A stretch of 64,000 nt of DNA from an uncultured Rhizobiaceae group bacterium (GCA_937930845.1 CALHBJ010000008.1:121132-185131); one strand, 5' to 3'; shown: positions 9,481 through 19,971, numbered from the stretch's first letter. Notes: a model not told the origin generated them from the letters alone. Program-made: numbers and translations.

Positions 9481-9560
9481 GCATGTCAGAGCCCTAGTCC
9501 CCATGTGCCGGGGCTCTTTCACGCAAACTGAAATCAGAAATTTCCGTGAGCGGATTGTGT

Positions 9561-10274
9561 TTAGAGAACCACGATAGGCGAGTTGGACGGGACGCGATTG
9601 TACAGATCAATCACGTCCTGATTGAGCAAACGAACGCAACCGCTGGAAACGGCTTTGCCTATGCTGGAGACTTCGGGCGAACCGTGGAGACGGTAAAGCG
9701 TATCCACATCACCCTGGAAAATATAAAGCGCGCGTGCGCCCAGCGGGTTTTCCAATCCCGGCGGCATGCCGCCATTGCGGGCGCTCCATTTCTCAAGCTC
9801 CGGTTGCCGCTCGATCATTTCGGCTGGCGGGGTCCATTTTGGCCAGGCCCGCTTCCAGGCGACACGCGCCCGGCCCGACCATTCGAAACCGGCTCTGCCA
9901 AGCCCCACACCGTATCGCATGGCGCGGCCTTCCGGCATGGTCCAGTAGAGATGGAAAGAGTTTGTGTCGACCACCACCGTGCCGGGCTTTTCGCCTGTCG
10001 TGTTGGGCACTTCCTTGCGCCAGTATTGAGATTTGATAAGTTTGAGATCAACTGCGGGTATGGGGAAACGTTCGTTCGGTAACGGGCCATATATCTCGCG
10101 ATAATAGGCCGTTTCCTGTCCACGCCGCCGCAAGGCCGACAGGCGGGGACCGCTGCGTTTTCTCGCATTGGAACACCCGGCCAATAAAAGCGCCGCTGCG
10201 CTTGTGGCTCCCAGCATCAATTGTCGGCGTCCCATGTCTGCGCCGGTTGTGTCATTTATGTCCGTAAACTTCAC
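9561..10274 (-). CDS. L,D-transpeptidase (YkuD/ErfK), predicted Tat lipoprotein
   Basis: GRRQLM..LLLAGC (twin-Arg plus lipobox); RYGVGLG, NPLGARALY, LHGS..IGKAVSSGCVRL catalytic motif; start GTG 10274 or ATG 10235. Confidence 0.93.
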   Translation of the reverse strand: MKFTDINDTTGADMGRRQLMLGATSAAALLLAGCSNARKRSGPRLSALRRRGQETAYYREIYGPLPNERFPIPAVDLKLIKSQYWRKEVPNTTGEKPGTVVVDTNSFHLYWTMPEGRAMRYGVGLGRAGFEWSGRARVAWKRAWPKWTPPAEMIERQPELEKWSARNGGMPPGLENPLGARALYIFQGDVDTLYRLHGSPEVSSIGKAVSSGCVRLLNQDVIDLYNRVPSNSPIVVL

Positions 10275-10858
10275 AGCACCACCACCCGGGAACCCAGCGG
10301 CACCCGTTCATATAAATCTGCCACATGCTCATTCAGCATCCGGATGCAGCCATTCGATACGGAACGGCCAATGCTGGAGGGCTGTGTTGTGCCATGAATT
10401 CTGTAATAGGTGTCCCTGCCCCCTTTGTAGAGATAGAGCGCCCGCGCGCCCAAAGGGTTGCCGGGGCCGCCGGGCACGCCACTGGCATATCGGGCATATT
10501 TTTGAGGTTCACGCCTGATCATATTTTGCGTAGGCGTCCAGCTTGGCCATTTCGCCTTGCGTTTGATCTGGGCAGTGCCACGAAAAGAACGGCCGGCCTT
10601 GCCAACACCCACGCCATAGCGGCGCGCGGTACTGCGCGATTGCACCAGGTAGAGAAAATGGTTGTCAGGGTCGACCACTATTGTTCCCGGCGCATATCCG
10701 CGAAAGCGGACCGTTTGTGGTTTGAACCGATCAGCAACCCTAAACGGTTTGCGTTTGCGGCGTTTCTTCGTGTGATGGGCTAAGGCAGTTTCCCCGGCAA
10801 TCACGGGGGCAAGTACAGACGCTAATGCGCCCGCCAGAAATGAACGTTTATCAATCAC
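10271..10858 (-). CDS. L,D-transpeptidase (YkuD/ErfK), Tat-like signal
   Basis: DKRSFL Tat-variant signal; IHGT..IGRSVSNGCIRM; GGAG RBS at 10868-10871. Confidence 0.93.
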   Translation of the reverse strand: MIDKRSFLAGALASVLAPVIAGETALAHHTKKRRKRKPFRVADRFKPQTVRFRGYAPGTIVVDPDNHFLYLVQSRSTARRYGVGVGKAGRSFRGTAQIKRKAKWPSWTPTQNMIRREPQKYARYASGVPGGPGNPLGARALYLYKGGRDTYYRIHGTTQPSSIGRSVSNGCIRMLNEHVADLYERVPLGSRVVVL

Positions 10859-10880
10859 GATAGTCTACTCCAGTAACGTC

Positions 10881-10903
10881 AAAAATTGCGCACCAATTGC
10901 GCA
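10881..10903 (-). terminator. Hairpin plus U-tract between the leader ORF and the first LDT (possible attenuator)
   Basis: Minus strand TGCGCA-ATTGG-TGCGCA-ATTTTT. Confidence 0.4.
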
Positions 10904-10913
10904 GGTTTGATGG

Positions 10914-11279
10914 CTAAAGGAGAATTCGCGGAGGTCTTTTACTGGGTTGGGCGCGTGTCCCGTCCCCACTTGTCAGCGATAAGAATGGCAAGCGCACCAT
11001 CTTCCAGCTTAGGCTGACCGGGTTGGCCTCGCTGACGCTGATATAGGGTGACAGACAAAGATCCACTGTGGTGTCCTTGGAGCCTGTTGGCTCACAACAC
11101 TTTTCACTGGCCTTATGAAATCCGCCCGTTACAGGGGGCACAGGACTGGTTGATTGCGCATCTGCCACCACAGCCGCCGCCAAAATGGGGCTGGTGAGAT
11201 GGCGTGCCATCACCTTGTGCGCACCGGAGGCGGTGAACATGAAAAGCGACAGCATCAAAAAAGTGACATAACGTAACAT
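10914..11279 (-). CDS. Small exported or membrane-targeted Cys-containing protein with C-terminal RPPR; candidate CutF/CruR/DUF2946-like leader
   Basis: Hydrophobic N-terminus, H..KCCEP..LCLSP, ends QPSKRPPRILL*; 55 nt upstream of the LDT start. Confidence 0.6.
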   Translation of the reverse strand: MLRYVTFLMLSLFMFTASGAHKVMARHLTSPILAAAVVADAQSTSPVPPVTGGFHKASEKCCEPTGSKDTTVDLCLSPYISVSEANPVSLSWKMVRLPFLSLTSGDGTRAQPSKRPPRILL

Positions 11280-11285
11280 GAGGAT

Positions 11286-11324
11286 TTTGTAGCACTAAAA
11301 CACTGAATGTCAGATGTATGTGAC
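11286..11324 (-). promoter_or_regulatory. Putative sigma70 promoter (possibly leaderless) with overlapping palindrome
   Basis: Minus strand CTGACA-N16-TACAAA-6 nt-ATG, no SD; GTCA-N8-TGAC palindrome at 11309-11324 overlaps the -35. Confidence 0.35.
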
Positions 11325-11354
11325 CACACAAATTCGTGAGCGGCCTTAAAAAAC

Positions 11355-12197
11355 TCAGATTCGGTCGCTGATTGCTGGATAGACGCCCAGGATACGTTTT
11401 TCCGCGCAGAAGAAATCCATCTCTTCCAGTGCCAAACGGACATTTTCCTGTTCTGGATGCCCTTCAATGTCGGCGTAGAACAGTGTTGCGGTAAATGTTC
11501 CACCCAATTGGTAGCTCTCCAGCTTGGTCATGTTGACCCCATTGGTGGCGAACCCGCCCATCACTTTGTACAGCGCTGCGGGTACGTTTTTCACACGGAA
11601 CACAAATGTGGTGATGGCGTCCCCTGCCTCGACAGGCGGAATTTGCGCTTCCCGCGATAGAATAACGAACCGCGTGGTGTTGTGATCGGCGTCTTCCACA
11701 TCACGTTTCAGAATATTGAGACCATATAATTCGGCTGCGAGTTCAGGCGCCAGGGCGGCGGCTTGCTTGTCCTGACGATCCGCGATCAGCCGTGCTGCCC
11801 CTGCCGTATCGCTGGCCGTTACCGCTTCCCAGCGGTGCTCACGGATGATGTTGCGGCACTGGCCCAGCCCATGAACATGGGAATAGACCGTCTTGATGTC
11901 TTCAATGCCCACACCCGGCAATGCCATGAGCTGAAAGCGAATGGGCAGGAAATATTCCCCAACAATGTGAAACCCTGAATGGGGCAAAAGATGGTGGATG
12001 TCGGCAACGCGACCGGCAATTGTGTTTTCGATCGGGATCATGGCCAGTTCAGCGACGCCCGATTGCAGCGCGTCGAAAGCATCTTCGAACGTTGCACAGG
12101 GCACCGGCGTCATTTCTGGATAAACATTGCGACAGGCGGTATCGGAATTCGCCCCCGGTTCGCCCTGGAAGGCGATGTTGCCAGTTTTATCGTTCAT
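11355..12197 (-). CDS. pheA: Prephenate dehydratase
   Basis: FQGEPGANS, IPIENT, SHVHGLGQC, NTTRF, NMTKLESY ACT domain. Confidence 0.95.
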   Translation of the reverse strand: MNDKTGNIAFQGEPGANSDTACRNVYPEMTPVPCATFEDAFDALQSGVAELAMIPIENTIAGRVADIHHLLPHSGFHIVGEYFLPIRFQLMALPGVGIEDIKTVYSHVHGLGQCRNIIREHRWEAVTASDTAGAARLIADRQDKQAAALAPELAAELYGLNILKRDVEDADHNTTRFVILSREAQIPPVEAGDAITTFVFRVKNVPAALYKVMGGFATNGVNMTKLESYQLGGTFTATLFYADIEGHPEQENVRLALEEMDFFCAEKRILGVYPAISDRI

Positions 12198-12249
12198 GAT
12201 TGGTCGATTGCCCTAAGAAATGCGGATTGAGTGTGCGAACAAGGTGCGA

Positions 12250-12987
12250 CTAGTTGTCCAACATGGCCCTTGCCCGTTCAAGATCGGCGGGAGTATCGAC
12301 ACCTAGCGGAACAGTGTCAACGAGGGCGGCATCAATGCGCATTCCGTCTTCGAGGGCGCGCAATTGCTCAAGCTTTTCGCGCAATTCCAATGCAGATGGC
12401 GGCAGGCTGACAAATCGCGCCAGGGCAGAGCGCCGCCAGGCGTAGAGGCCGATATGGTGATAAAGCGGGCCATCGCCATAGGGCGCGGTGGCACGGGTGA
12501 AATAAAGCGCCCGCAAACAGTTTTCAGCGCTCGGCGTTCCCACAAGTTTCACCACATTGGGGTTGGCCCTTTCTTCTTCCACAACTATTTCTGTTGCCAA
12601 TGTGGCGAGAGCCACGTCCTTGTTGTGCAAGGGAATCAAGCTGGCACGTATCGACATGCGGTCAATTGTCGGCAGATCGCCCTGGACATTGACGATGGTT
12701 TCAATTTCGCCCTTGGGGTCCAGTTTCTCAATGGCCTCAAATATCCTGTCTGACCCGGAAGGGTGGTCGGCGCGGGTTAAAACCGCTTCCCCGCCATGGC
12801 TTTGCACCGCCTTCATCACCTCAACAGAATCAGTGGCAACGACAACCGGTCCCACATCGGCCTCCTGGGCCCGTTTCATCACCTGCACGATCATGGGCAA
12901 ACCGGCGATATCCGCCATGGGTTTGTCTGGCAATCGTGTTGAAGCCATGCGCGCGGGGACCAAAACGAGGTTCTTGGAAAATGACAT
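12250..12987 (-). CDS. kdsB: 3-deoxy-manno-octulosonate cytidylyltransferase
   Basis: [45 protein letters not shown]. Confidence 0.96.
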   Translation of the reverse strand: MSFSKNLVLVPARMASTRLPDKPMADIAGLPMIVQVMKRAQEADVGPVVVATDSVEVMKAVQSHGGEAVLTRADHPSGSDRIFEAIEKLDPKGEIETIVNVQGDLPTIDRMSIRASLIPLHNKDVALATLATEIVVEEERANPNVVKLVGTPSAENCLRALYFTRATAPYGDGPLYHHIGLYAWRRSALARFVSLPPSALELREKLEQLRALEDGMRIDAALVDTVPLGVDTPADLERARAMLDN

Positions 12988-13032
12988 GCCGATTATGCCT
13001 AAAAAGTCTCACAGAATGAGCGTTTATAGGTG

Positions 13033-13061
13033 TTGCAACGCCCAGACAAAAGACCTAGTTT
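13033..13061 (+). promoter_or_regulatory. Putative sigma70 promoter of cycM
   Basis: TTGCAA-N17-TAGTTT. Confidence 0.35.
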
Positions 13062-13144
13062 CCGCGCCGAACACCGGGCTTCCCCTATCAGCGGTATGAA
13101 CTGAACCGTGAGGCCCTTACCTTTGCGAATTCGGAGCCTGTCGC

Positions 13145-13693
13145 ATGGACTCTTTTGAGTGGAACAAAATTTTTGCAGCCCTGCTGACCATGGCATTTTT
13201 GGTGTTGGGCGTGAATTTTCTGGCGGAGGAGCTGTATCACAGCGATACGCCCAAGCAAGCCGGATATGTCATTGAAGGCGGTAAAGCAGAAGCATCGACC
13301 CAGGCCGCAGACACCGGGCCAGTGGTTGAACCCATTGCACCACTTTTGGCGTCTGCCGATTTGGCGCTTGGCGAAAAAGCGGCGAAAAAATGCGCCGCCT
13401 GTCACACATTTAATGAAGGTGGTGCCAATAAGGTTGGCCCTGGCCTCTATGGAATCGTTAACCGCCAGATGGCTGCCGTAGATGGATTTGGATATTCATC
13501 GGCACTGAAAGCCTATGGTGCAGACAAAACCTGGACTTATGACGAACTCAATGGATTCCTCTACAAGCCAAAAGACCACGTGAAGGGCACATCGATGGGC
13601 TTTGCTGGGCTGAAAAAAGTAGCCGAACGTGCGGCCATGGTTGCCTATCTGCGTTCTCTGGCAGCAACACCGGCACCTTTGCCGGAAGGCTAA
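13145..13693 (+). CDS. cycM: Membrane-anchored cytochrome c (CycM/c552)
   Basis: N-terminal TM helix, CAACH heme site, KVGPGL, GTSMGFAG axial Met. Confidence 0.9.
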   Translation: MDSFEWNKIFAALLTMAFLVLGVNFLAEELYHSDTPKQAGYVIEGGKAEASTQAADTGPVVEPIAPLLASADLALGEKAAKKCAACHTFNEGGANKVGPGLYGIVNRQMAAVDGFGYSSALKAYGADKTWTYDELNGFLYKPKDHVKGTSMGFAGLKKVAERAAMVAYLRSLAATPAPLPEG

Positions 13694-13721
13694 TTGCCCG
13701 AATATATCGCGAATATTGTTG

Positions 13722-13752
13722 AAAAGCCGGGTCTGCGATCCGGCTTTTTTTG
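13722..13752 (+). terminator. Intrinsic terminator
   Basis: AAAAGCCGG..CCGGCTTTTTTTGT after cycM. Confidence 0.8.
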
Positions 13753-13870
13753 TAGTTTAAATGCGACGAGTTGCGCATTTGGCTGCGCTGGTCACAGTTT
13801 CGTACCTTGACGTACACAATTGACTCCATAGTTTCATTTCAAACTCTTTTTGCCGTTCGGAGAAATGCCA

Positions 13871-15745
13871 GTGAAGTTTGTTTTGCGCTCTGTCCTCGCC
13901 CCCCTTGCCGTTTCACTTGTTCTTACCGGTGCATATGGTTCCACAACAGGTATGGCGCTGGAGAAAGTCTGGCACACCACCACTTCCCTGATCGGCACCA
14001 GCAAATATCAAGACAAATTCAAGCATTACGACCACGTAAATCCTGACGCTCCAAAGGGGGGGACGCTGAATTCCGCAGTTGTGGGCTCTTTCGACAGTTT
14101 CAACCCATTTGTTGTCAAAGGGCGCGCTGCCGCCGGACTGACCTCATTTGGTGGTATTTTGTGGGACACGCTCATGTCTCAAAGCGTTGATGAACCTGCC
14201 GTTTCCCACCCGCTGATTGGCAGCGAGTTCAGTTATCCCGACGACTTTTCAAGCGCCACCTACCGCCTCCATCCGGATGCAAAATGGCATGATGGAAAGC
14301 CAATTTCGGCCGAAGATGTTAAATGGTCGATGGAGACATTGAAGGCCCAGTCTCCCCAGCACGTGCGCTATTTTGCCAACGTTAAGGAAGTGATTGTCGA
14401 CAATCCCAAACAGGTGACCTTTGTCTTTGATCAAAAAGGCAATCGGGAATTGCCGCAGATCATGGGCGACCTGCCGGTGCTGCCCAAACACTGGTGGGAG
14501 GGAACCGATGCCAATGGCAAGAAACGCGACATTGGCGATTCCACACTGGAACCGCCGCTGGGCAGCGGGCCTTATCGCATAGCAAGTTTCAATACCGGTT
14601 CCAGCATCGAATGGGAAAGAGTGGCCGACTACTGGGCCAAAGACCTGCCCGTGCGCAAAGGCCGCTACAATTTTGACCGCCGGAAATACACCTATTTTGG
14701 CGACGAAAATGCGATCTTCATCGCCTTTCAAAAGGGTGGTTTCGAAGACATTCGTGATGAAAACCAGGCCAAACGCTGGGCGACGGAATATACGTTCCCG
14801 GCTGTGAAAGACGGTAAGGTGAAGCTGGAAGAATTTGACGAAACATCATCCTACCCGATGATCGGCTGGGTGCCGAACCTGCGCAAGGAATTGTTCCAGG
14901 ACCGCAATGTCCGCAAGGCACTGAACCTTGCTTTCAATTTTGAGCAAATGAACCGCGATCTGTTTTACGGTCAATATAACCGCACAGCCACATTCTTTGG
15001 CGGCACAGAAATGTCGTCAAGCGGCATGCCCGAAGGCCGGGAACTGGAAATATTGCAGAACTTCAAAGGCCGTGTTCCCGACGAATTATTCACTCAGCCC
15101 TATGAGCAGCCTGAGTACAAAGAGCGCAGTGATGCCCGCAAGTTCCTGCGCGAGGCGTTTCAGCTTCTCGGCAAGGCTGGCTGGAAGCGCGAGGGCTCGA
15201 AACTTGTAAACGAAAAGACCGGCAAACCCTTTGAGTTTGAAATATTGGGCAGCAATCCGGCGAGCGAACGGGTGAACGCCCCATGGATCAATGCGCTGAA
15301 ACGTTTGGGCATTACGGCCACACTGAGAATTGTAGACACGTCGCAATTTGTTCAAAGGTATCGCAACTTTGACTATGATGCGGTTGTGGCCGGTGCCATC
15401 CAGTCCAGTTCGCCGGGCAATGAACAACGGGATTACTGGTCCACCACGGCAGCTGATGAACCCGGTTCTCGTAATTGGGCGGGCATCAAGAACACGGTTG
15501 TAGATGAATTGGTGGACATGATTATCGCCGCAACGGATCGCGCCGAACTGGTGGCAGCAACACGGGCGCTGGACCGGATATTGTTGTTTGAACACTATTA
15601 CGTTTTGCAATGGCACCTGTCGAAAAGCCGGGTTGCCCGTTGGGATAAATTTGAAATTCCCCGGCCCCAACCTGAATTTCGTGGATATGATCAGGAAAGC
15701 TGGTGGATTGATCCCAAGAAGGCTGCGGCGACCGGTGGAAATTAG
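13871..15745 (+). CDS. yejA: YejA-like peptide ABC substrate-binding protein 1 (Sec-type signal)
   Basis: VNPDAPKGGTL, FDSFNPF, PPLGSGPY, RKVRKAL-like segment, DRILL; start GTG 13871 chosen from GGAG spacing. Confidence 0.88.
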   Translation: MKFVLRSVLAPLAVSLVLTGAYGSTTGMALEKVWHTTTSLIGTSKYQDKFKHYDHVNPDAPKGGTLNSAVVGSFDSFNPFVVKGRAAAGLTSFGGILWDTLMSQSVDEPAVSHPLIGSEFSYPDDFSSATYRLHPDAKWHDGKPISAEDVKWSMETLKAQSPQHVRYFANVKEVIVDNPKQVTFVFDQKGNRELPQIMGDLPVLPKHWWEGTDANGKKRDIGDSTLEPPLGSGPYRIASFNTGSSIEWERVADYWAKDLPVRKGRYNFDRRKYTYFGDENAIFIAFQKGGFEDIRDENQAKRWATEYTFPAVKDGKVKLEEFDETSSYPMIGWVPNLRKELFQDRNVRKALNLAFNFEQMNRDLFYGQYNRTATFFGGTEMSSSGMPEGRELEILQNFKGRVPDELFTQPYEQPEYKERSDARKFLREAFQLLGKAGWKREGSKLVNEKTGKPFEFEILGSNPASERVNAPWINALKRLGITATLRIVDTSQFVQRYRNFDYDAVVAGAIQSSSPGNEQRDYWSTTAADEPGSRNWAGIKNTVVDELVDMIIAATDRAELVAATRALDRILLFEHYYVLQWHLSKSRVARWDKFEIPRPQPEFRGYDQESWWIDPKKAAATGGN

Positions 15746-15760
15746 GCTGGGTTTATAGCG

Positions 15761-17653
15761 ATGAGTTCTCATTCAAATGGCAATTTGACACGCCGCCAAT
15801 TTGGCCAAATTTCTGCTGCTGCATTATTGGCGGGCCCGCTGGCAAGCCTGCCTAATATATCGCTGGCCGCCAATCCGGTGGGCCGCCCCCTTCATGGATT
15901 GTCGGCTTTTGGGGAATTGGAATATCCGGCTGACTATGGCCAATTCCGATATGTGAATGTGGATGCGCCGAAAGGCGGCTCGTTCAATTTCAGCGTGCCC
16001 AATTGGGCGTTTAATCAAAATCCCCAGACCTTCGATACGCTCAACACTTTTGTCCTGAAGGGAAATGCCCCACCGCGCATGGAGGCCTGTTTCGATGCCC
16101 TCATGATCGCGCCGCTGGACGAGGCTTCGGCACTTTACGGATTGCTGGCGCAATCGGTTGAGATTTCAGAAGACCGGAATACCTATCGGTTTTCGCTTCG
16201 CCCCCAGGCCAAGTGGCACGATGGAACACAGCTTACCGCCCATGACGTGGCGTTTTCCTACACCACGTTCAAAGAACAGGGGCATCCATCACTGGCGCTG
16301 TCCTTGAAAGAACTGGTCGAGGCGCGGGCAATTGATGACACGACTGTGGAACTGGTTTTTAACGGCAAACAATCCGACCGGTCGATTTTGACCGCAGCCG
16401 TGATGCCAGTCATTTCCAAGACCTATTATGAAAATCAGCCCTTTGCCGAGACGAGCCAGGAGCCTCCGCTGGGCAGCGGTCCCTATCAGGTGAAGCGTTT
16501 CAGCGCAGGCAGCTATATTGAGTATGGGCGAGTTGAAGATTATTGGGCACGCAATTTGCCCTTTGCCATCGGGCAGTACAATTTCGATGTCCTGCGCATT
16601 GAATTTTACCGGGAACGCCAGGCCGCATTTGAAGCTTTTAAAAAGGGCAATATTCACTTTCGCGAAGAGTTCACATCGAAAACCTGGGCAACAGAATATG
16701 ATTTCCCTGCCCGTGTGGCTGGCCGGGTTCGGCAGGAATTGTTTCCAGCCGAAAAGCTGCCTTCGTTTCAGGGATGGGCTGTGAACCGGCGGCGCGCCAA
16801 ATTTGCCGACAAACGCACCGTGCAAGCCATCGGCCTGTGTTTTGACTTTGAATGGACCAACCGGAACTTCTTCTTTGATGCCTATTCGCGCACCCATTCC
16901 TTCTTTGTGGGGTCCGAATTTGAAGCCCAGGGCAAACCCTCTGCAAGTGAATTAAAACTGCTGGAACCCATGCGCGACCAGCTGTCCCCGGAGGTTTTTG
17001 GCGATGCTATTTTGCAACCGCCTTCCGACGGTTCCGGGCGCGACAGGGCGCGGCTGCGCGAAGCGAGTAATCTTCTTAAAGAAGCAGGCTGGAAGCGCCA
17101 GGGACGACAATTGGTTGACGGGCAGGGCCAGGTGTTCACCCTTGAATTCCTCATCCGCTCTCCGACTTTTGAGCGCATTTTGGGCAAATTTGTTGCCAAC
17201 TTGAAACTGCTTGGCATCGCCGCAGAAATCCGGCTTGTGGATCCGGCTCAATATACCAAACGTCTCGACACATATGATTTTGACGTGACCGGATTGGCAC
17301 GCAGCTATGGCGCAACCCCCTCGCGGGAAACACTGGAACAATTATTTGGATCTGCCTTGGCGCAAACGCCTGGCAACACCAATTATGCAGGTATTAAAGA
17401 CCCCGCGGTTGATGCTCTCATTGCGAAAGTCAGCACGGTACAAAGCCGGGACGAGTTGACCGTTGTGCTCAATGCACTCGACAGGGTATTGCGTTCCACG
17501 CATAGCTGGATTCCAAATTGGTATTCGGCGAATCACCGGGTGGCATTTTGGGACATGTTTGGCATGCCAGACAAAAAACCGGATTTCGGATTTCCGGTTG
17601 AATCCACATGGTGGTTCGACCAGAAAAAAGCAGCAGCGATCGGCAAAGGCTGA
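15761..17653 (+). CDS. yejA: YejA-like peptide ABC substrate-binding protein 2 (Tat signal)
   Basis: LTRRQF Tat motif; HGLSAFGELEYP, VNVDAPKGG, PPLGSGPY, LDRVLR. Confidence 0.88.
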   Translation: MSSHSNGNLTRRQFGQISAAALLAGPLASLPNISLAANPVGRPLHGLSAFGELEYPADYGQFRYVNVDAPKGGSFNFSVPNWAFNQNPQTFDTLNTFVLKGNAPPRMEACFDALMIAPLDEASALYGLLAQSVEISEDRNTYRFSLRPQAKWHDGTQLTAHDVAFSYTTFKEQGHPSLALSLKELVEARAIDDTTVELVFNGKQSDRSILTAAVMPVISKTYYENQPFAETSQEPPLGSGPYQVKRFSAGSYIEYGRVEDYWARNLPFAIGQYNFDVLRIEFYRERQAAFEAFKKGNIHFREEFTSKTWATEYDFPARVAGRVRQELFPAEKLPSFQGWAVNRRRAKFADKRTVQAIGLCFDFEWTNRNFFFDAYSRTHSFFVGSEFEAQGKPSASELKLLEPMRDQLSPEVFGDAILQPPSDGSGRDRARLREASNLLKEAGWKRQGRQLVDGQGQVFTLEFLIRSPTFERILGKFVANLKLLGIAAEIRLVDPAQYTKRLDTYDFDVTGLARSYGATPSRETLEQLFGSALAQTPGNTNYAGIKDPAVDALIAKVSTVQSRDELTVVLNALDRVLRSTHSWIPNWYSANHRVAFWDMFGMPDKKPDFGFPVESTWWFDQKKAAAIGKG

Positions 17654-17710
17654 TCAAAGCCTGTCACGTGCCCCAGGCACGGTGCAGCGCAGAGGAGAAA
17701 CGACCAAAGC

Positions 17711-18826
17711 ATGGGCGCCTATATTCTCAGACGTCTGCTGTTAATCGTCCCCACGATTTTGGGCATTATGTTGCTTTCTTTTACCGTGATTCAGTTTGCG
17801 CCCGGCGGGCCAGTTGAACAGGTCATTGCGCAGATCACGGGCCAGGGCGGCAATGCGACCGACCGGATTACCGGTGGCGGCGGTGACTTCAGCAACGCGG
17901 GTGACAGCGCCCAAACCAATGCGTCTGCCGGTGGCGGTTCATCGAAATATCGCGGTGCGCAAGGGCTGGATCCCGAATTTATCGAGAAGCTGGAAAAGCA
18001 GTTTGGTTTCGACAAACCGGCCCATGAACGGTTCTTCAAGCTGGTTTCCGATTACGCCCGTTTCGATTTTGGCGAGAGCTATTTCAGGTCCATATCCGTT
18101 CTTGATCTGATCATCGAAAAACTGCCGGTGTCAATTTCCCTGGGCCTTTGGATCACGCTTATATCCTATGGTATCTCAATTCCGCTGGGCATCCGAAAAG
18201 CTGTCAGCGATGGTTCAAAATTTGATGTGTGGACCAGCGGCATCATCACAATCGCCTATGCGGTTCCCGGTTTCCTTTTTGCCATATTGCTGATCATCCT
18301 TTTTGCTGGAGGCTCATTTTGGGATTTGTTTCCATTGCGGGGACTGGTGTCTGAAAACTGGAATGAGCTTTCCCTGTTTGGCAAGATCGTCGATTATTTC
18401 TGGCACATGACACTGCCGCTGATTGCGCTGACACTGTCCGCATTCGCAACGACCACATTGCTGACGAAAAACTCCTTTCTTGATGAGATCAAGAAACAAT
18501 ATGTGGTGACTGCCCGCGCCAAGGGTTTGTCAGAACGCAAGGTTTTGTATGGCCATGTGTTTCGCAATGCGATGCTGATTGTGATCGCCGGTTTTCCCGG
18601 TGCGTTTATCTCCGCATTCTTCACCGGGTCATTATTGATTGAACAGATTTTCTCGCTGGACGGTCTGGGCCTATTGGCATTCACGTCCACGGTGAACCGC
18701 GACTATCCGGTGGTTTTCGCGACACTCTATATCTTTTCACTGATGGGCCTGTTGGTCTCGCTCTTATCCGATATTACCTACACGCTGATCGACCCGCGCA
18801 TTGACTTTGAGAGGCGCGATGTCTGA
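17711..18826 (+). CDS. yejB: Peptide ABC permease YejB
   Basis: [44 protein letters not shown]. Confidence 0.93.
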   Translation: MGAYILRRLLLIVPTILGIMLLSFTVIQFAPGGPVEQVIAQITGQGGNATDRITGGGGDFSNAGDSAQTNASAGGGSSKYRGAQGLDPEFIEKLEKQFGFDKPAHERFFKLVSDYARFDFGESYFRSISVLDLIIEKLPVSISLGLWITLISYGISIPLGIRKAVSDGSKFDVWTSGIITIAYAVPGFLFAILLIILFAGGSFWDLFPLRGLVSENWNELSLFGKIVDYFWHMTLPLIALTLSAFATTTLLTKNSFLDEIKKQYVVTARAKGLSERKVLYGHVFRNAMLIVIAGFPGAFISAFFTGSLLIEQIFSLDGLGLLAFTSTVNRDYPVVFATLYIFSLMGLLVSLLSDITYTLIDPRIDFERRDV

Positions 18827-19964
18827 CGTGACCTTAGATAAAGTTGCAAAATCACCTGTGAGCAAGCGGCCGCGGATTTCTCCACTGAACCAGCGGCGGT
18901 GGTCCAATTTCAAGGCCAACCGACGCGGTTATTGGTCATTTTGGATCTTCCTGTTTCTGTTTTTCTTCACCCTTTGTGCCGAGTTCATTGCCAATGACCG
19001 GCCTATTCTGGTTTCCTATAAGGGCGAACTTCTTGCCCCCGTCTTTGTGGATTACCCGGAAGAAAAATTTGGCGGTTTCCTGCCGGTCACGGATTACCGC
19101 GACCCGGTCAATATTGAAGAAATAGAAGCCAATGGCTGGATGCTGTGGCCGCCAATTCGCTATTCCTACCAAACGGTGAACGCAGATGTGCCACGTCCGG
19201 CGCCTTCGCCGCCGACCTGGCGATTGTCGACCGAAGAGGCCTGTCGCAAATTCCCAGACGGGGTAAACGACGCGCAATGTAATTATGGCAATTGGAACTG
19301 GCTCGGCACCGATGACCAGGCCCGCGATGTGGTTGCGCGCTTGATTTACGGCTTTCGAATTTCCGTTCTTTTTGGACTGGTGCTGACCGCTTTGTCTGCT
19401 GTCATTGGTGTTTCGGCTGGCGCAGTGCAGGGATATTATGGCGGTTGGGTGGACCTGATCTTCCAGCGTTTCATCGAAATCTGGACATCGATTCCCCTGC
19501 TCTATCTGCTGATCATTGTGGCGTCAGTTTTGCCGCCTGGCTTCTGGATTTTGCTGTCGATCATGTTGCTGTTTTCCTGGACCGGTTTCGTTGGCATCGT
19601 GCGCGCGGAGTTTCTGCGCGCCCGCAACTTTGAATATGTGAACGCTGCCCGCGCCCTTGGGGTGAGCAATGGGACCATCATGTTCCGCCATTTGCTGCCA
19701 AACGCCATGGTGGCAACACTGACATTCATGCCTTTCATACTCAGCGGCTCCATTACCGCCCTCACCTCGCTTGATTTTCTGGGGTTTGGCCTGCCACCTG
19801 GGTCGCCTTCCCTGGGCGAACTGCTGAAACAGGGACAGAACAATCTCCAGGCGCCGTGGCTGGGCCTCATGGGGTTCGTGGTGATTTCGGTTATGCTGTC
19901 ACTGCTCATTTTCATTGGTGAGGCCGTGCGCGATGCGTTCGACCCTCGCAAGACTTTCGAGTGA
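18819..19964 (+). CDS. yejE: Peptide ABC permease YejE
   Basis: [44 protein letters not shown]. Confidence 0.93.
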   Translation: MSDVTLDKVAKSPVSKRPRISPLNQRRWSNFKANRRGYWSFWIFLFLFFFTLCAEFIANDRPILVSYKGELLAPVFVDYPEEKFGGFLPVTDYRDPVNIEEIEANGWMLWPPIRYSYQTVNADVPRPAPSPPTWRLSTEEACRKFPDGVNDAQCNYGNWNWLGTDDQARDVVARLIYGFRISVLFGLVLTALSAVIGVSAGAVQGYYGGWVDLIFQRFIEIWTSIPLLYLLIIVASVLPPGFWILLSIMLLFSWTGFVGIVRAEFLRARNFEYVNAARALGVSNGTIMFRHLLPNAMVATLTFMPFILSGSITALTSLDFLGFGLPPGSPSLGELLKQGQNNLQAPWLGLMGFVVISVMLSLLIFIGEAVRDAFDPRKTFE

Positions 19965-19971
19965 CCCGCCG

